Counted from the first letter of the stretch, positions 50,114 to 62,743 are shown. The stretch is DNA of 64,000 nt from an uncultured Methanoregulaceae archaeon (GCA_963805035.1 CAWDSU010000001.1:35465-99464), one strand, 5' to 3'. Program-made: numbers and translations. Notes: a model not told the origin generated them from the sequence alone.

Positions 50114-50776
50114 TTAGAAAGAGAACAGATAGAACGAGGCCACAAGGACACCAAATGCGGCGACAATCAAGACGACAAAGATCGCCGGGTTCCATGCGAG
50201 CACCTTCCTGCCATCAAGCACGCTGACGGGCAGCATATTGAAGGCAGCTATCATCGCGTTGACCTGAAGCCCGACGATGCCGACAAGGGTAAAGAGATTT
50301 GCCCCGAAACCGGAGGATATACCGCCATAGAGGAGCAGCCCGGCAAACGGTATACAGAGGATCAGGTTTGTAATCGGCCCGGCCGCCGAGATCTTCCCGT
50401 TCTCCTCACGGCTGATCATCCTGCCATCGGCCCTCATGTTGTAGATCATCGTCGCACCTGGGGCGGCAAACACGACACCCACAAGTGCGGCAAGGGCGAC
50501 GGCGACAAGGAGCATCATGTTGTCTTTCCGGAACTCTGCCCAGTACCCGTATTTTATCGCGGTAAACTTATGCGCCATTTCATGGAGGATGAACCCGAAA
50601 AAGACCACCACGAGGGATACCCCGAAGTAGACGAGAGCGGTAACGGCACTGACATGGCCGGAATTAAAGTTCAGAAACCCGCCGGGCGAGATGAAGATGA
50701 TCGCAAATGAGATGGATATGGCAATCCACGCGACAAAGAGGTCAGCTTCTTCGCGCCGGGTAATTCGTTCGAGCAT
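50114..50776 (-). CDS. Site-2 protease (M50) family membrane metalloprotease
   Basis: HEMAH, AAGPITN, FNMLP...LDG. Confidence 0.9.
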   Translation of the reverse strand: MLERITRREEADLFVAWIAISISFAIIFISPGGFLNFNSGHVSAVTALVYFGVSLVVVFFGFILHEMAHKFTAIKYGYWAEFRKDNMMLLVAVALAALVGVVFAAPGATMIYNMRADGRMISREENGKISAAGPITNLILCIPFAGLLLYGGISSGFGANLFTLVGIVGLQVNAMIAAFNMLPVSVLDGRKVLAWNPAIFVVLIVAAFGVLVASFYLFSF

Positions 50777-50883
50777 GAAACCACCGGATCAGATAGGGCG
50801 TTTCTGTCATATCTGTTTTCGTGTCCGACGCCAAAAAGCGCGGTCATCACGTTTATCCCTTTTTCCGGCAATTGTACTTTTGT

Positions 50884-51183
50884 ATGACGATTGAAGAGGT
50901 CCGTGCAGAGATCACCCAGATCGATGAGGAGATCATCCGCCTTATCGCACAACGGCAGAACCTTGCCAAGAAAGTCGCAACAGTCAAGCAGACGGAAGGG
51001 ATACCGGTCCATGACAACCAGCGGAAAACGGATGTGCTGGAGTACGTGATGAAACTCGCCAAGGCAAACCATGTCGATCCCGTCCCGATAAAAACCATCT
51101 TTGAAACATTGATCTCGATGAACGAGAAAGAACAGCGGGCAACAATGGGGAAATCCGTCCCGCCAAAAAGGATTGTCAGATAA
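50884..51183 (+). CDS. Chorismate mutase (AroQ type)
   Basis: IEEVRAEITQIDEEIIRLIAQR, K...GIPVHD..R, IFETLI. Confidence 0.82.
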   Translation: MTIEEVRAEITQIDEEIIRLIAQRQNLAKKVATVKQTEGIPVHDNQRKTDVLEYVMKLAKANHVDPVPIKTIFETLISMNEKEQRATMGKSVPPKRIVR

Positions 51184-51238
51184 TTTTTGTCAGACTTTCC
51201 TTCTGATACTTTTTTTAATAGGCATCAGTCCCGGGCGC

Positions 51239-52346
51239 CTACAGGAGCCGGGGCCCGAAAATGATGAGGATTCCCACGAGAATCATCGCAAGACCTATCG
51301 CAAACCGGAGCATCCTGCGGTTCTCCAGTCTCCATGTGTTGACCCGTTCCGGTGGGATACCGAAAACGACTGCAAGCAGGATCAGGATCAGCGGCAGGAT
51401 GAAGATGAAGTTATAGAGGAGGAGCCAGGGGATCCCCTCTGAAAGCGTCATGGTGCTGCTCATTAGGCTGAGGATCGTAAGATAGATCCCCCCGGTGCAG
51501 GGCAGTTCGAAGATCCCAACAAGGACACCCAGCACAAATGCGGCAGGAAGCGTTGCCGTGCTGATATACCGTTCGATCACCGGTTTTTTCGACTCTGGGA
51601 TGGCAAGGATGAATCCCTCCTTTTTCCAGGCAGCATCAATAATATTGACCAGGCCAAGCACGATTGCAATAACGGCAGCCGCCGTTGCGATCAGGCCCGA
51701 TATTCCGGACAGGTGCACAAAGGAGAAGATGCCGATGCCGGAGAGGAAGTAGAACAAAAAGACCGCCGCGATATAGGTGACGCCGACAATCAGGACCTGC
51801 CCGGCAGTTCTGGAGCGCGATGATCGAGAGCAGGAGAATGATCAGGACCGAGAATGCACAGGGGTTGATGCTGTCGATCCCCGCACAGAAGATCACTAGG
51901 GGGACCGTCAGGGTCGTAAAGGTCCCGGGGCAGTTTTTGGTTGCTGTCACATTTCCGTTGCCGGTTCCTGCCGGGGCAGCGGCCAGAGTTCCTGCCTGTG
52001 CCTGTTGGATCACGCGCTCCAGGTTATCCCGGATCTGGTCTTCCCCGACAAGCGCCTGGTCTCCGATGATAATGGTGGGAACTCCCGCCGATGTGATGCC
52101 AAGATTTTGATCCATCGCAAGAAAAAGGGCCTGATTGGTGGCGTTGTGGTAGACCTCAAGCTGCTCAAGATCGAGATCCGGGTACTGGATTGTACCACCG
52201 GCAAGGACCGGTTTGATATTGTCACAGTGACTGCATCCGTCCCCATAGAAAAAGTACCCAACAACAGTACGGTTCGAAACCGTGGGGGTGGATGTGGAAG
52301 GGGCGGACACGGTTTTCGGTGCCGTGTCGCGCGGGGAGTCAGGCAC
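51239..52346 (-). CDS. Thioredoxin-like domain plus CcdA/DsbD-type membrane domain; frameshift near 51800
   Basis: FFYGDGCSHC..GVPTIIIG; DSINPCAF; ELPCTGGIY; LLYN.IFILP. Confidence 0.82.
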
Positions 52347-52760
52347 TACTTTTTTTTTTCAATGGCCTGGAGATATCCTTCAAGTTTGGTGGGGATGTCC
52401 TTATCCCCAACAAGTACCGTCTTCCCGATGACAATTTCAGGAACACCCGGCGGGGTGGAGATGCCGGCCTCGGCGTTTACCTGCGCATAGACCTGCTGGT
52501 TGGTCTGGTTATACCAGACTTCAAGTTTCCGGATATCCACATCAGGATATTTTTTTGTGATGTTTTCCATGAATGGTCGAGATATTCGCGCAGTGCGGGC
52601 AACCCTGGCCATAGAAATAGTAGACAATGTTGTCGCTGGCACTGGCGGCAGCCGATGGCGTAACTGCAGGAACAGAAGGCGTGATGTAAACAACGTAGGC
52701 CACGCTGGCAGCCGCAATGACAACAAAAAGGGTAACAACAATTTTTATAAGTTTATCCAT
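52346..52760 (-). CDS. Membrane-anchored thioredoxin-like protein (possibly the N-terminus of the downstream gene); frameshift near 52580
   Basis: Signal anchor, YFYGQGCPHC, LEVWYN..N, GVPEIVIG..LVG. Confidence 0.75.
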
Positions 52761-52828
52761 CCAGTGACACCTGCCCGCCTTTCCCGGGAGAATTCGTACG
52801 TGAATGTTGACGCGGCGTGCAAAAAAAC

Positions 52829-53704
52829 CTAATGGAGGGAGATCATCGTTCCCACGCCATCATGGGTAAAAAGTTCGAGAATGAGATTATGCTCGATATT
52901 GCCATTGATGATATGGGAATAACGGACGCCGTTTTCCACCGCTTTTATGACTGATGTCACTTTCGGGATCATCCCTTCACCGATGGCTCCCGATGAGAGG
53001 AGGTCTCGGGCTTCATCAATGGAGAGTTTGCGGAAGACATGGGTCCTTTTCGCGTCCATGACGCCGTCGACATCGGTCATATTGATCAGCTTGAATGCCT
53101 TGAGCGCCACGGCAATATCCCCGGCGGCAGTATCTGCGTTGATGTTGAGGCTGCCCCCGAACCGGTCGATGGCAATAGGTGAGATGACCGGGATATAGCC
53201 CCGCTCAAGAAGGGTATTGAGGAGCGCCGGGTCGATCCATTCGATCTCCCCGACATGCCCAAGGTCCACTTCCTGTTCCACACCCTCCACGTTGACCTTC
53301 TGGAGCTCCATTTTCTTTGCGATGATAATGTTGCCATCGCTTCCCGAGAGCCCGACACCTTTAGCCCCGCACTTTGCAATGAGGGAGACGATCCCCTTGT
53401 TGATCTTCCCGACAAGCACCATCTGGGCGATCTCGAGCGTCTCCTGGTCGGTGACCCGGAGCCCCCCGACAAAGACCGATTCTTTCCCAAGCGCCTTCAT
53501 CTTCTCGGTGATCTCCGGCCCCCCTCCATGGACAAGCACGACGTGGATCCCGACATAGTGGAGGAGCACCGCATCTTTTATAGCGTTTTCAAGGACGACC
53601 GGATCGACCATGGCATGTCCTCCCAGCTTAATCACGATCGTCTTGCCGTGGAACTGCTGGATATAGGGAAGAGCTTCCATGAGCACGTCTTCGCGTTTCA
53701 TCAT
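52829..53704 (-). CDS. argB: Acetylglutamate kinase
   Basis: [39 protein letters not shown]. Confidence 0.96.
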   Translation of the reverse strand: MMKREDVLMEALPYIQQFHGKTIVIKLGGHAMVDPVVLENAIKDAVLLHYVGIHVVLVHGGGPEITEKMKALGKESVFVGGLRVTDQETLEIAQMVLVGKINKGIVSLIAKCGAKGVGLSGSDGNIIIAKKMELQKVNVEGVEQEVDLGHVGEIEWIDPALLNTLLERGYIPVISPIAIDRFGGSLNINADTAAGDIAVALKAFKLINMTDVDGVMDAKRTHVFRKLSIDEARDLLSSGAIGEGMIPKVTSVIKAVENGVRYSHIINGNIEHNLILELFTHDGVGTMISLH

Positions 53705-54858
53705 GTGGTATACTTCCCGTTGATCTCAACATACTTTTCGGTGAGATCGCAGCCCCAGGCGGTGGCCTCTTCCTTCCCGGCCCCGAGATCGAGGACGAAA
53801 ATGACTTTGTCTCCGTGCATCGCGGCCTTTGCCTTCGAAAGATCGGCAATGATCTTGCCGGAGTTCACCAAGGGGTACTTATTGTTCCCGTCGCTGATCC
53901 AGAGCGAGGCGGCATTGGGATCAAACCTGACCCCGGCCCGCCCGGCAGCGGCAATAACCCGGCCCCAGTTGGGATCCTCACCATAGACCGCGGTCTTCAC
54001 CAGCGGGGATTCGATGACGACCCGGGCAACCTTGGCCGCGGCCTCCTCTTTGGGTGCGCCCCGGACCGTGACCTCAAGGAGCTTGCTCGCCCCTTCGCCA
54101 TCCGCTGCGATCTGCTGTGCCAGTGATCGGCAGCACGCTTCAAGCGCAGCAGAAAATTCCCCGGCGTTGACTTTTCCTGATTCCCCTGTTGCAACACAGA
54201 GGGCGATATCGTTGGTACTGGTATCGCCATCGACCACGACCCGGTTGAAGGTCCGTTTGGCGGCGGCTTTGAGTGCCTCCCGGAGGGGTTTTGCCTCTAT
54301 CCCGGCATCGGTATAGATGAACGCCAGCATGGTGCCCATGTTGGGCGCGATCATGCCGCTTCCCTTGGCGATCGCCCCGATGGTGAAGCCTTCCTTCTTC
54401 ACGAGCGCGTGCTTGGGGCGGAGATCGGTGGTCATGATCGCCCGTACCGCACGGTCCTCTGCAGCCGGTGTGGCGGTGAGTTTGAGCGCCACATCTGCAC
54501 ACTGGCGCCGGATCAGGGGCAGGTCGAGGTACCTCCCGATGACGCCGGTGCTTGCCACACCGACGGCGGAGTCGTCAACACCCAGCGCGGATCCGGCGTA
54601 CTCCGTCATGGTGACCGCGTCTTCGTACCCCCGCTGACCGGTATAGGCATTTGCGCAGCCGCTGTTTGCGATGACCGCATCCAGTTTACCTCCCTTAATC
54701 TGCTTTCGCATCAGTTCTATGGGTGCAGCCTTGGCGAGGTTCGTGGTGAACACACCTGCCGCGGTCCCGCTTGCCCGGATCAGGGCAAGGCCGAATTTTC
54801 CTTCCTTAACGCCGTTTGCGGTAACTCCCTTGACCGCACAGAGACTTTTGTAGGCCAT
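53701..54858 (-). CDS. argJ: Ornithine acetyltransferase
   Basis: [53 protein letters not shown]. Confidence 0.96.
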   Translation of the reverse strand: MAYKSLCAVKGVTANGVKEGKFGLALIRASGTAAGVFTTNLAKAAPIELMRKQIKGGKLDAVIANSGCANAYTGQRGYEDAVTMTEYAGSALGVDDSAVGVASTGVIGRYLDLPLIRRQCADVALKLTATPAAEDRAVRAIMTTDLRPKHALVKKEGFTIGAIAKGSGMIAPNMGTMLAFIYTDAGIEAKPLREALKAAAKRTFNRVVVDGDTSTNDIALCVATGESGKVNAGEFSAALEACCRSLAQQIAADGEGASKLLEVTVRGAPKEEAAAKVARVVIESPLVKTAVYGEDPNWGRVIAAAGRAGVRFDPNAASLWISDGNNKYPLVNSGKIIADLSKAKAAMHGDKVIFVLDLGAGKEEATAWGCDLTEKYVEINGKYTT

Positions 54859-54903
54859 GGTTTGTCTTCCTCCGATGGTTTGTCAGATTCGAATCGGGTG
54901 TAT

Positions 54904-55377
54904 TTACGAACGGGACGCTCCGACTGCCTGGACAATGTCGGCACGGGTAAGAATACCGACCAGCTTTTTCCCGTCAAGCACCGGCAGCCGTGCAATACCC
55001 TCTTTGAGCATAAGGGCTGCTGCATCCTCGATATCCATATCGCCGGTTGCCGTGACCACCCGGTGGGTCATCACCTTTTTTACCGGCATGTCCCCGATAT
55101 TTTTCAGGGCGTTTTTTGTCTTCTCCCAGTTGACATACTCCCGTATCGGCACCTCGATAATCTCGAGGGGGGACGGGAGCCAGAGATCGTCAGAGAGTTT
55201 CCGGGTCTCCAGCTGGGCGATGACATCGGATTCCGTGATGATCCCGGCAAGCATTCCCCCGTCGAGAACCGGTAGTCCGCCAATATGGCGCTGACGCAGG
55301 ATCGCAACGGCATCGCGAAGTGGTGTGTCGACGGTGCAGGTCAGGGGGTTTTTTGTCATAGCTTCTGAAACAAGCAT
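54904..55377 (-). CDS. CBS-domain pair protein
   Basis: Two CBS repeats (GLPV..LAGIITESD; RLPV..LVGILTRADI). Confidence 0.9.
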   Translation of the reverse strand: MLVSEAMTKNPLTCTVDTPLRDAVAILRQRHIGGLPVLDGGMLAGIITESDVIAQLETRKLSDDLWLPSPLEIIEVPIREYVNWEKTKNALKNIGDMPVKKVMTHRVVTATGDMDIEDAAALMLKEGIARLPVLDGKKLVGILTRADIVQAVGASRS

Positions 55378-55390
55378 AGGTATCTCCTTT

Positions 55391-56377
55391 TCAGGGCAGC
55401 ATCCCGGCTGCATCGAGACCGTCGGTCTCCTTAAACCCGCACATGAGGTTCATGTTCTGGATGGCCTGTCCGCTTGCACCCTTGACGAGGTTGTCGATGG
55501 CAGAGACCACCACCACCCTCTTCCCTTCACTCTCGACCATGATGTCGCAGAAGTTACTCCCCCGGACTGCCGAGAGCATCGGCTTCTGGTACCGGACGAA
55601 GAATTCATCCTTGTAGTATTCACGGTAAAGCTTCTCGACTTCTTTTGTCTCCATCGGCTCGTTCAAGAGAATATGGGCAGTCGTGAGAATGCCCCGGTTG
55701 ACCGGAACAAGATGGGGGGTGAAGTAGCACGATGCCGGGGAGCCAAGCCAGGCCAGTTCCTGTTTCATCTCCGCGAGATGGCGGTGGCTTGTCCATTTGT
55801 AGGGATTGACGTTGTCCCCGACATTGGGATAATGGGTGGTGGCCGATGGGTTGTCGCCTGCTCCGCTCACGCCCGTCTTTGAATCGAAGATGACGGTATG
55901 TGCACGGCGTGCAAGCGGGGCCGCCGCGAGCGTTGCGCCGGTAGGGAAGCACCCGGGGTTTGCAACAAACTTCGCGTTGATGCAGTCCTTCCGGTGCAGC
56001 TCGGGGATACCGTACGGGGCACGGAAATAATCCGTATGGGTAACGCCGTAAACCCTCTCAAAGACGTCCTTTGGCAACCGGTAGTCAGCGCTGAGGTCGA
56101 CGACTTTTATTCCCCGCGAGAGCAGTTTTCCTGCGATCGTCATGGCTGCCGTATGCGGAACCGCGAGGAAGGCAACGTCCGCATCGATAGCATCGGGCGC
56201 CGGGTTCTCGAATTTGAGATCGGAAAATCCTGTAAGGTGAGGATGTATCTCGGAGAGCGGTGTTCCTGCAAGACTGCGTGACGTGACGCAGGTAACCTCC
56301 GCAGAAGAATGGTGGTACAGGAGGCGGACCAGTTCGCCGCCGGCGTACCCGGATGCGCCGACAATCGCAACTTTCAT
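55391..56377 (-). CDS. argC: N-acetyl-gamma-glutamyl-phosphate reductase
   Basis: [42 protein letters not shown]. Confidence 0.96.
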   Translation of the reverse strand: MKVAIVGASGYAGGELVRLLYHHSSAEVTCVTSRSLAGTPLSEIHPHLTGFSDLKFENPAPDAIDADVAFLAVPHTAAMTIAGKLLSRGIKVVDLSADYRLPKDVFERVYGVTHTDYFRAPYGIPELHRKDCINAKFVANPGCFPTGATLAAAPLARRAHTVIFDSKTGVSGAGDNPSATTHYPNVGDNVNPYKWTSHRHLAEMKQELAWLGSPASCYFTPHLVPVNRGILTTAHILLNEPMETKEVEKLYREYYKDEFFVRYQKPMLSAVRGSNFCDIMVESEGKRVVVVSAIDNLVKGASGQAIQNMNLMCGFKETDGLDAAGMLP

Positions 56378-56463
56378 ACTAGGATCTTTTCCTTCCTGAA
56401 ATCTTAACCCTTTGGAGGAATGTCGGAGGTATGTGAAAAATTAAGCGGGAAATCCCCGTCACA

Positions 56464-57375
56464 TTATCTTTCGAGTTTCCGGGTATAGATGTCGAAGATC
56501 CGCTGACCAAGGATCTCGATCCGCTGCCGGTCCTCAAGGCCTTCCAGGAGATCGGCGGGGATTGCACCGGCACCCTTGCTTGCCCCGAGGTACGCCCCGC
56601 AGAGAAAGCCAATGGTATCGGTGTTTCCCCCGACATGGGCGGCGACCGTCAGAAGATCGGCAGGGAGTTGGTACCTGTTGATCAGGAAAAATGCGATGGG
56701 GAGCGTCTGGTACAGGGATACGTCATTGCCGATTTTGAGAATGGCAGTATCCGTCTCAATACCCTCTTTTTCGAGCTCTATCGCGTTGTGGATCTTGCCT
56801 CCCAGCACCTCGTCTTCATTCCGGGCCTGGACCAGCGCCCTGCCGACCGGATCGCTATTTTCATGGAGGGCGCAGTATAACAGGGTAACAAACGTGGAGA
56901 CGGCGGCATGGGCTGCCGGGTGGGTATGGGTGACCGAGCAGGCCCGCACGGCACGCTCGATAGCCTCATGGACATCGGGATATGCCAAGGCAAACGGGAG
57001 TGCCGCAGGGAGGCAGCCGGCGGTTGTTGACTTCACACCGCAGGAAAGTGCCTGCCCTGCAACCATGTGATCGCAGGCTGCAGATACCGAACCATCGGGA
57101 AAACGGAGGATCTCGCGGGTATAGAGTTCCTTTAAGGCAAGGCCGTACCGTTCATCAGTGTACCGCCCGTCTGCAAGGAGCGTCGCCACGAGGATCATCA
57201 TCTGGGTATCATCAGTATACTGGCCGGGGGTCAGGCAATCATTGGGGTGCCCCTTGTACGCCTTGCGGAACCCGTACCGCATCTTCGCGAGGCCGGGCAT
57301 CGTGCTCTCGTTGGGCATACCAAGGGCATCGCCCACCGCCGCACCAAGCATACACCCCTTGATTCGTTCCAGCAT
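56464..57375 (-). CDS. ADP-ribosylglycohydrolase family protein
   Basis: GAAVGDALG, YTDDTQM, TH.HP, GGNTDT. Confidence 0.88.
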   Translation of the reverse strand: MLERIKGCMLGAAVGDALGMPNESTMPGLAKMRYGFRKAYKGHPNDCLTPGQYTDDTQMMILVATLLADGRYTDERYGLALKELYTREILRFPDGSVSAACDHMVAGQALSCGVKSTTAGCLPAALPFALAYPDVHEAIERAVRACSVTHTHPAAHAAVSTFVTLLYCALHENSDPVGRALVQARNEDEVLGGKIHNAIELEKEGIETDTAILKIGNDVSLYQTLPIAFFLINRYQLPADLLTVAAHVGGNTDTIGFLCGAYLGASKGAGAIPADLLEGLEDRQRIEILGQRIFDIYTRKLER

Positions 57376-57600
57376 TGATACAGTATTGAAAGAATCCGAT
57401 AGATAATGATTCTTATATTTTTCTTATTTTTCGTGAGGGGCACCCGGAGAAATTCCAGTGAAAAGCAGGTTGTACCCCTCTGCGACAAACTTGGATTTAT
57501 TACCCGGTAAAACGATTTCCCTTTCGGAGCGGTTGCTCTGTCGCCAAAATTTATATAGAGATTTAACATGATTAATTATGTAAAATTTAAGGGAGGAGAG

Positions 57601-59499
57601 ATGAGCGAGAACTTTGATGTCAAGCTCGTGGAGAACGCGAAGTACTACACGCCGGATGCGGAGTACAAGCGTTCATCGTGGATAGGAGATTACCAGGACG
57701 CCTACGTACGGTACCTCGCCGATCCTGATGCGTTCTGGGAGACCATCGCACGGGAACTCGACTGGATCCGTCCCTGGGACCGGGTCTGTGAGTGGAAGTA
57801 TCCTTATGCCCGGTGGTTTGTCAATGCACAGCTCAATATCACCGCCAACTGCCTTGATCGCCACGTTGCCGGTGACCGCCGCAACAAGGTAGCCCTCATC
57901 TGGAGAGGCGAGGAGGGCAAGGAGCGGGTATACTCCTACCAGCGGCTGCTCGGCGAGGTTTCGCGGTTTGCAAACGGCCTCAGGAAGCTGGGCGTGAAAA
58001 AGGGTGACCGGGTCAGTATCTATATGCCCATGGTTCCCGAGCAGCTTATCGCGATGCTCGCATGCGCCCGGATCGGTGCCGTCCACAGCGTTGTCTTTGC
58101 CGGTTTCGGGACCACTGCCCTGAACATGCGGATCAAAGAGGCGGAGGCAAAAGTGGTGATCACCGCGGATATCTCGATCCGGCGCGGCAAGGCAATCCCC
58201 CTGATCACGATTGCCCAAGAGGCAATCGTGAATGCCCCCTCCGTGGAACATGTCGTCATCTACCGGAGGCGCAAGGAGCCCCCGGTCGAGATCCACCCGG
58301 GACGGGAGCATGATTTCTACGGGATCATGGAGAATATGCCGGTGGAATGCCCCTGTGAGACGATGGATGCGGAAGACCCGCTGTTCATCCTTTACACGAG
58401 CGGATCGACCGGGACACCCAAAGGTGTTGTCCATACCTGCGGGGGTTACATGGTCGGGACGTATTACACCACCAGGGTCGTCTTTGACCTCAAGGAGCGG
58501 GACATCTACTGGTGCACGGCAGATCCCGGCTGGATCACCGGCCACTCCTACATCGTCTATGGTCCGCTTGCTGTCGGAGCCACGGTATTTATCTCGGAGA
58601 TAACACCCGGATTACCCTGATCCCGGGAGCTGGTGGAAGCTCATCCAGGAGCAGCAGATCTCGGTCTTCTACACAGCCCCGACGGCGATCCGGACGTTCA
58701 TGAAGGTGGGGGAGGAATGGCCCGACCGGTACAACCTCGACTCCCTGCGCATCATCGGGTCGGTCGGTGAACCGCTCAACCCCGAAGCATTCGAATGGTA
58801 TTACCGGGTAATCGGCAAAAACAGGTGTCCGGTTGTGGATACGTGGTGGCAGACGGAGACCGGCATGCAGATGATCACAACGATGGTCGGCGAGCCGATG
58901 CGGCCCGGGTTTGTGGGAAAAGCGATCCCCGGCGTGGAAGTGGATGTCACGGACAAGAACGGGAAGACGGCCCCCCGGGTACAGGGGGCTTCCTCGTGAT
59001 CAAAAGGCCATGGCCGTCAATGTTTCGTACCGTGTACAAAAACGACGAACGGTACCGGAAGTACTGGGAAACCGTCCCCGGGGTCTATACAGCGGGAGAT
59101 CTCGCCGTCAAGGGAAAGGACGGGTACATCATGGTGATCGGCAGGGCCGACGACATCATCATCGTCTCCGGGCATAACATCGGGACCGCTGAAGTGGAAA
59201 GCGCACTGGTATCCCACCATGCCGTTGCGGAAGCCGCCGTGATCGGGAAACCCGACGCCATCAAAGGGAACGCGATCAAGGCCTTTGTCATCCTCCGGGT
59301 AGGGAACAAGCCAAGCGAGAAACTTACCCAGGACCTGATCTACCATGTGCGCATGACGCTTGGGCCCATCGCGGTCCCGCATGAGATCGAATACGTCGAC
59401 AAACTGCCAAAGACCCGCAGCGGCAAGATCATGCGCCGGGTGCTGAAGGCAAAAGAGCTCGGCATGGATCCCGGGGATGTCTCGACACTCGAAGAATGA
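57601..59499 (+). CDS. acs: Acetyl-CoA synthetase (AMP-forming); frameshifts near 58607 and 58975
   Basis: [55 protein letters not shown]. Confidence 0.95.
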
Positions 59500-59574
59500 T
59501 GAACGGGAAATCTGGTAACAACGAATGAACCCCCAACCACAGTGAGAGGAAAATCAAAACAGGATGATGTAATC

Positions 59575-60168
59575 ATGCAGAATGAAACGACACAGCAGGC
59601 AACAAACGTGAAAAGTCTGGATATGACCGCAAACCCGGCGCCTCTCGGGCTGCTCGGGTTTGGCATGACCACCGTGCTCTTAAACCTGCACAATGCAGGT
59701 TTCTTTGCACTCGGGTCCATGATCCTTGCCATGGGGATCTTCTACGGGGGCCTTGCCCAGATCATTGCGGGTATCGAGGAGTGGAAAAAGAACAACACGT
59801 TCGGGGCGACCGCATTTACCTCATACGGGGCGTTCTGGCTGACGCTCGTCGCCCTGCTGGTGCTCCCGAAGCTGGGACTTGCCACTGCACCGGATGCGAC
59901 CTCGATGGCTGCCTATCTCGTGATGTGGGGGATCTTCACCCTGGTGATGTTTATCGGGACCCTGAAAGCGAACCGCGCCCTCCAGCTGGTCTTTGCAACG
60001 CTTGCGATCCTGTTCTTCCTGCTCGCAATCGGCGAGCTCACCGGAAACGGGACCATCACCATGGTTGCAGGATACGAAGGGATCCTCTGCGGGTTCCTCG
60101 CGGTCTACGCTGGGCTGGCACAGGTCTTGAACGAGATGTACAAAAAAACCATTGCGCCCCTCGGGTAA
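59575..60168 (+). CDS. Acetate uptake transporter (GPR1/FUN34/YaaH, SatP-like)
   Basis: [36 protein letters not shown]; directly after acs. Confidence 0.93.
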   Translation: MQNETTQQATNVKSLDMTANPAPLGLLGFGMTTVLLNLHNAGFFALGSMILAMGIFYGGLAQIIAGIEEWKKNNTFGATAFTSYGAFWLTLVALLVLPKLGLATAPDATSMAAYLVMWGIFTLVMFIGTLKANRALQLVFATLAILFFLLAIGELTGNGTITMVAGYEGILCGFLAVYAGLAQVLNEMYKKTIAPLG

Positions 60169-60227
60169 ACCCGTCCATCTTTTCTTTTTCACTCCTTTCC
60201 CTGAGCACCCGGGATATCCCGTGCATA

Positions 60228-61325
60228 TTATGATGACATTCCGATCTTCCTGCGCTGGGCGATCCGGTAACCGGAGATGACCTGGACAGATTGCCCGAAC
60301 TCCCGGTCAAGCTCCGGGTCGCCCGAATCCACGTACAGGAAGGGCGTCTCCCGCAGCTTATGCGGTGTAGCGACAACGATCAGGTTGTGGAGTCCCACCT
60401 TCCTGACCACCGCTGCACTGATCTGCTGGTTCCCCCGGCCAAGAATAAACCCCTGAGCACCGATAGGGCTGAGGATAATCCTTGTTTCAGGGTACCTGCC
60501 AGCCAGATCGAGAAGAGTCTTTTCGTCAGCATCTGAAACCACGATGCCCCCGTCCCTGATCGCATCCACCCCGAGCAGGGTTTTGGTAATTCCCTGCCGC
60601 CGGGCTATCGCCTCCGTTGTTGTCCCGGCTCCAAGGATATAGAGCACGCCGGGAAGCATCACCTCCTGGAGGAACCGGGCGATCTCCTCTTTTGCCCGCC
60701 CCTCATCTGCTTCCTCGAACACCTGTTTTGCTGCCTGTATCATATGGGCACGGCCAGGCACCCGGGCAATGCCGGACAGGCGTGTCTCGAGCATCCCTTT
60801 CCGGTACGCTTCCTCGTCTACGTCCATTACCTCCGCATCCTGGATCCGGTAAGGTCCGGAGAGAAGTGCTGCCGCAGCTGCCGGATCGAGCGCAAACACC
60901 GCAGAGTACATCTTTACTCCTGCAGGGATCCCGAGGATCGGGACCGATTGCTGCGTGACGGAAAAGACATCCCGGGCGGTACCGTCACCGCCGCAGAACA
61001 GGACCAAGTCGACGCCTTCCTGCAGGAACGCAGCCACCGCCTTTTTAGTATCTTCGGCAGTGCTTGTCCCCCCGTACTGGTACACAACCTGGAACTGCGA
61101 TACCCCGCATGCTTGCAGCACCGATGCTCCCATCTCCCCGGAACAGGTAAGGAAAAAAAGGTCCGGGTTTTTTGCAAGAAGCTGAAGGGTGATCGCCGCC
61201 CGTTCCTGCGCACGGGGCAGGGCACCGCGGCGGCGGGCTTCGTCCACATTCCCATCGGTCCCCTTGAGACCAACAGACCCGCCCATACCCGCGACAGGAT
61301 TGATCAGAAAACCGATGCGGCGCAT
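60228..61325 (-). CDS. ATP-NAD kinase family protein
   Basis: NPVAGMGG.VGLKGTDG, GGDGTARD, GIPAGVKMYS, GRGNQQIS. Confidence 0.87.
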   Translation of the reverse strand: MRRIGFLINPVAGMGGSVGLKGTDGNVDEARRRGALPRAQERAAITLQLLAKNPDLFFLTCSGEMGASVLQACGVSQFQVVYQYGGTSTAEDTKKAVAAFLQEGVDLVLFCGGDGTARDVFSVTQQSVPILGIPAGVKMYSAVFALDPAAAAALLSGPYRIQDAEVMDVDEEAYRKGMLETRLSGIARVPGRAHMIQAAKQVFEEADEGRAKEEIARFLQEVMLPGVLYILGAGTTTEAIARRQGITKTLLGVDAIRDGGIVVSDADEKTLLDLAGRYPETRIILSPIGAQGFILGRGNQQISAAVVRKVGLHNLIVVATPHKLRETPFLYVDSGDPELDREFGQSVQVISGYRIAQRRKIGMSS

Positions 61326-61341
61326 AAAAAGGAGAGAATTT

Positions 61342-62700
61342 TCAGGAAATTTTCGGGATCCGTCCGATTGCCTGTTTAATCAGCTCGTCCGGATACTCGT
61401 AGTCAACCAGCTCGCCGCTGTAGAAGGCATCATAGGCCGTCATGTCAAAGTTCCCGTGGCCGGAGCAGTTGAAGAGGATAGTCTTGTCCTCACCGGTCTT
61501 TTTGCAGGCTAGCGCCTCATCGATGGCAGACTTCACCGCATGGGAGGTTTCCGGCGCCACAATGATCCCCTCGGTGCGGGCAAAGGTCTGGGCTGCCTCG
61601 AACACCTCGCTCTGGTGGTAGGCCACCGCCCGCATCACACCGTCATGGACCAGGCGCGAGACGATCGGCGAATCCCCGTGGTACCGGAGACCACCTGCAT
61701 GCATGGAGGGCGGGACAAAGTCATGGCCCAAGGTGAACATCTTGAGGAGCGGAGTAAGTCCGGCCACATCACCGAAGTCATACGTATAGAGTCCTTTGGT
61801 GAGCGTCGGGCAGGAGGCAGGTTCGGCGCCGATGAGATCGGTATCCTTGTGCTTCCCCGAAAGCTTGTCCCCTGCAAACGGGAAGGATATGCCGGCAAAG
61901 TTGGAACCGCCGCCCACACACCCGATCACCACGTCCGGGTAATCATCGACCATGGCGAGCTGCTCTTTGCATTCGAGTCCGATCACGGTCTGGTGGAGGC
62001 AGACATGGTTTAAGACCGATCCGAGCGCGTAGTTGGTATTGGCATGGGTCGCTGCGTCCTCGACTGCTTCGGAGATGGCAATGCCAAGTGCCCCCGGCGT
62101 TTCAGGATCCTTCTCCAGGACTGCCCGCCCGGAGTTCGTCTTTGTGCTGGGGCTGGGGATACATTCCGCACCCCAGACATGCATCATCGATTTCCGGTAG
62201 GGTTTCTGGGTGTAGCTGGACCTCACCATGTAAATGGTGCACTCCAGATCGTAGAGCATCGTCGCAAAGGCAAGGGCAGAACCCCACTGCCCGGCCCCGG
62301 TCTCGGTCGCGATCCGCTCGATGCCGGCCTGCCGGTTATAGTAGGCCTGCGGAACCGAGGTGTTTGTCTTGTGGCTCCCGGCCGGGCTCACGCCTTCCCA
62401 CTTGTAGTAGATCTTCGCCGGCGTTTTAAGGAATTTCTCCAGCCGGTAGGCGCGGTACAGGGGACTGGGCCTCCAGAGCCGCAGCACGTCCCGCACTTCT
62501 TCGGGAATATCGACAAAACGATCGGTGGTCACTTCCTGCCGGATCAGGTCCATCGGGAAGATCGCTTTTAAGTCATCCGGGCCGACCGGCTTGTGGGTGG
62601 CGGGATGGAGGGGTGGATCGAGAGGCGAGGGCAGGTCTGCCTGGACATTATACCATCTCCGGGGGATCTGCTCCTCATCAAGGAGGATCTTGGTCTGCAT
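61342..62700 (-). CDS. trpB2: Tryptophan synthase beta subunit, type 2
   Basis: [48 protein letters not shown]. Confidence 0.94.
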   Translation of the reverse strand: MQTKILLDEEQIPRRWYNVQADLPSPLDPPLHPATHKPVGPDDLKAIFPMDLIRQEVTTDRFVDIPEEVRDVLRLWRPSPLYRAYRLEKFLKTPAKIYYKWEGVSPAGSHKTNTSVPQAYYNRQAGIERIATETGAGQWGSALAFATMLYDLECTIYMVRSSYTQKPYRKSMMHVWGAECIPSPSTKTNSGRAVLEKDPETPGALGIAISEAVEDAATHANTNYALGSVLNHVCLHQTVIGLECKEQLAMVDDYPDVVIGCVGGGSNFAGISFPFAGDKLSGKHKDTDLIGAEPASCPTLTKGLYTYDFGDVAGLTPLLKMFTLGHDFVPPSMHAGGLRYHGDSPIVSRLVHDGVMRAVAYHQSEVFEAAQTFARTEGIIVAPETSHAVKSAIDEALACKKTGEDKTILFNCSGHGNFDMTAYDAFYSGELVDYEYPDELIKQAIGRIPKIS

Positions 62701-62717
62701 GCCCGGATATTCTGTTT

Positions 62718-62743
62718 TGTACAAATATATACATTGTGGAACA
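62718..62743. promoter_or_regulatory. Putative TrpY operator (TRP boxes)
   Basis: TGTACA-N4-TATACA-N4-GGAACA, 18-43 nt upstream of the trpB2 ATG. Confidence 0.5.

Noticed and set aside
56464-57375. ADP-ribosylglycohydrolase as part of a toxin-antitoxin or DraT/DraG system
   Set aside because: No ADP-ribosyltransferase or nif genes nearby; it sits among housekeeping genes with host-like composition.
57601-60168. acs plus acetate permease as evidence of acetoclastic methanogenesis
   Set aside because: This pair is expected for acetate assimilation as a carbon source in hydrogenotrophic methanogens.
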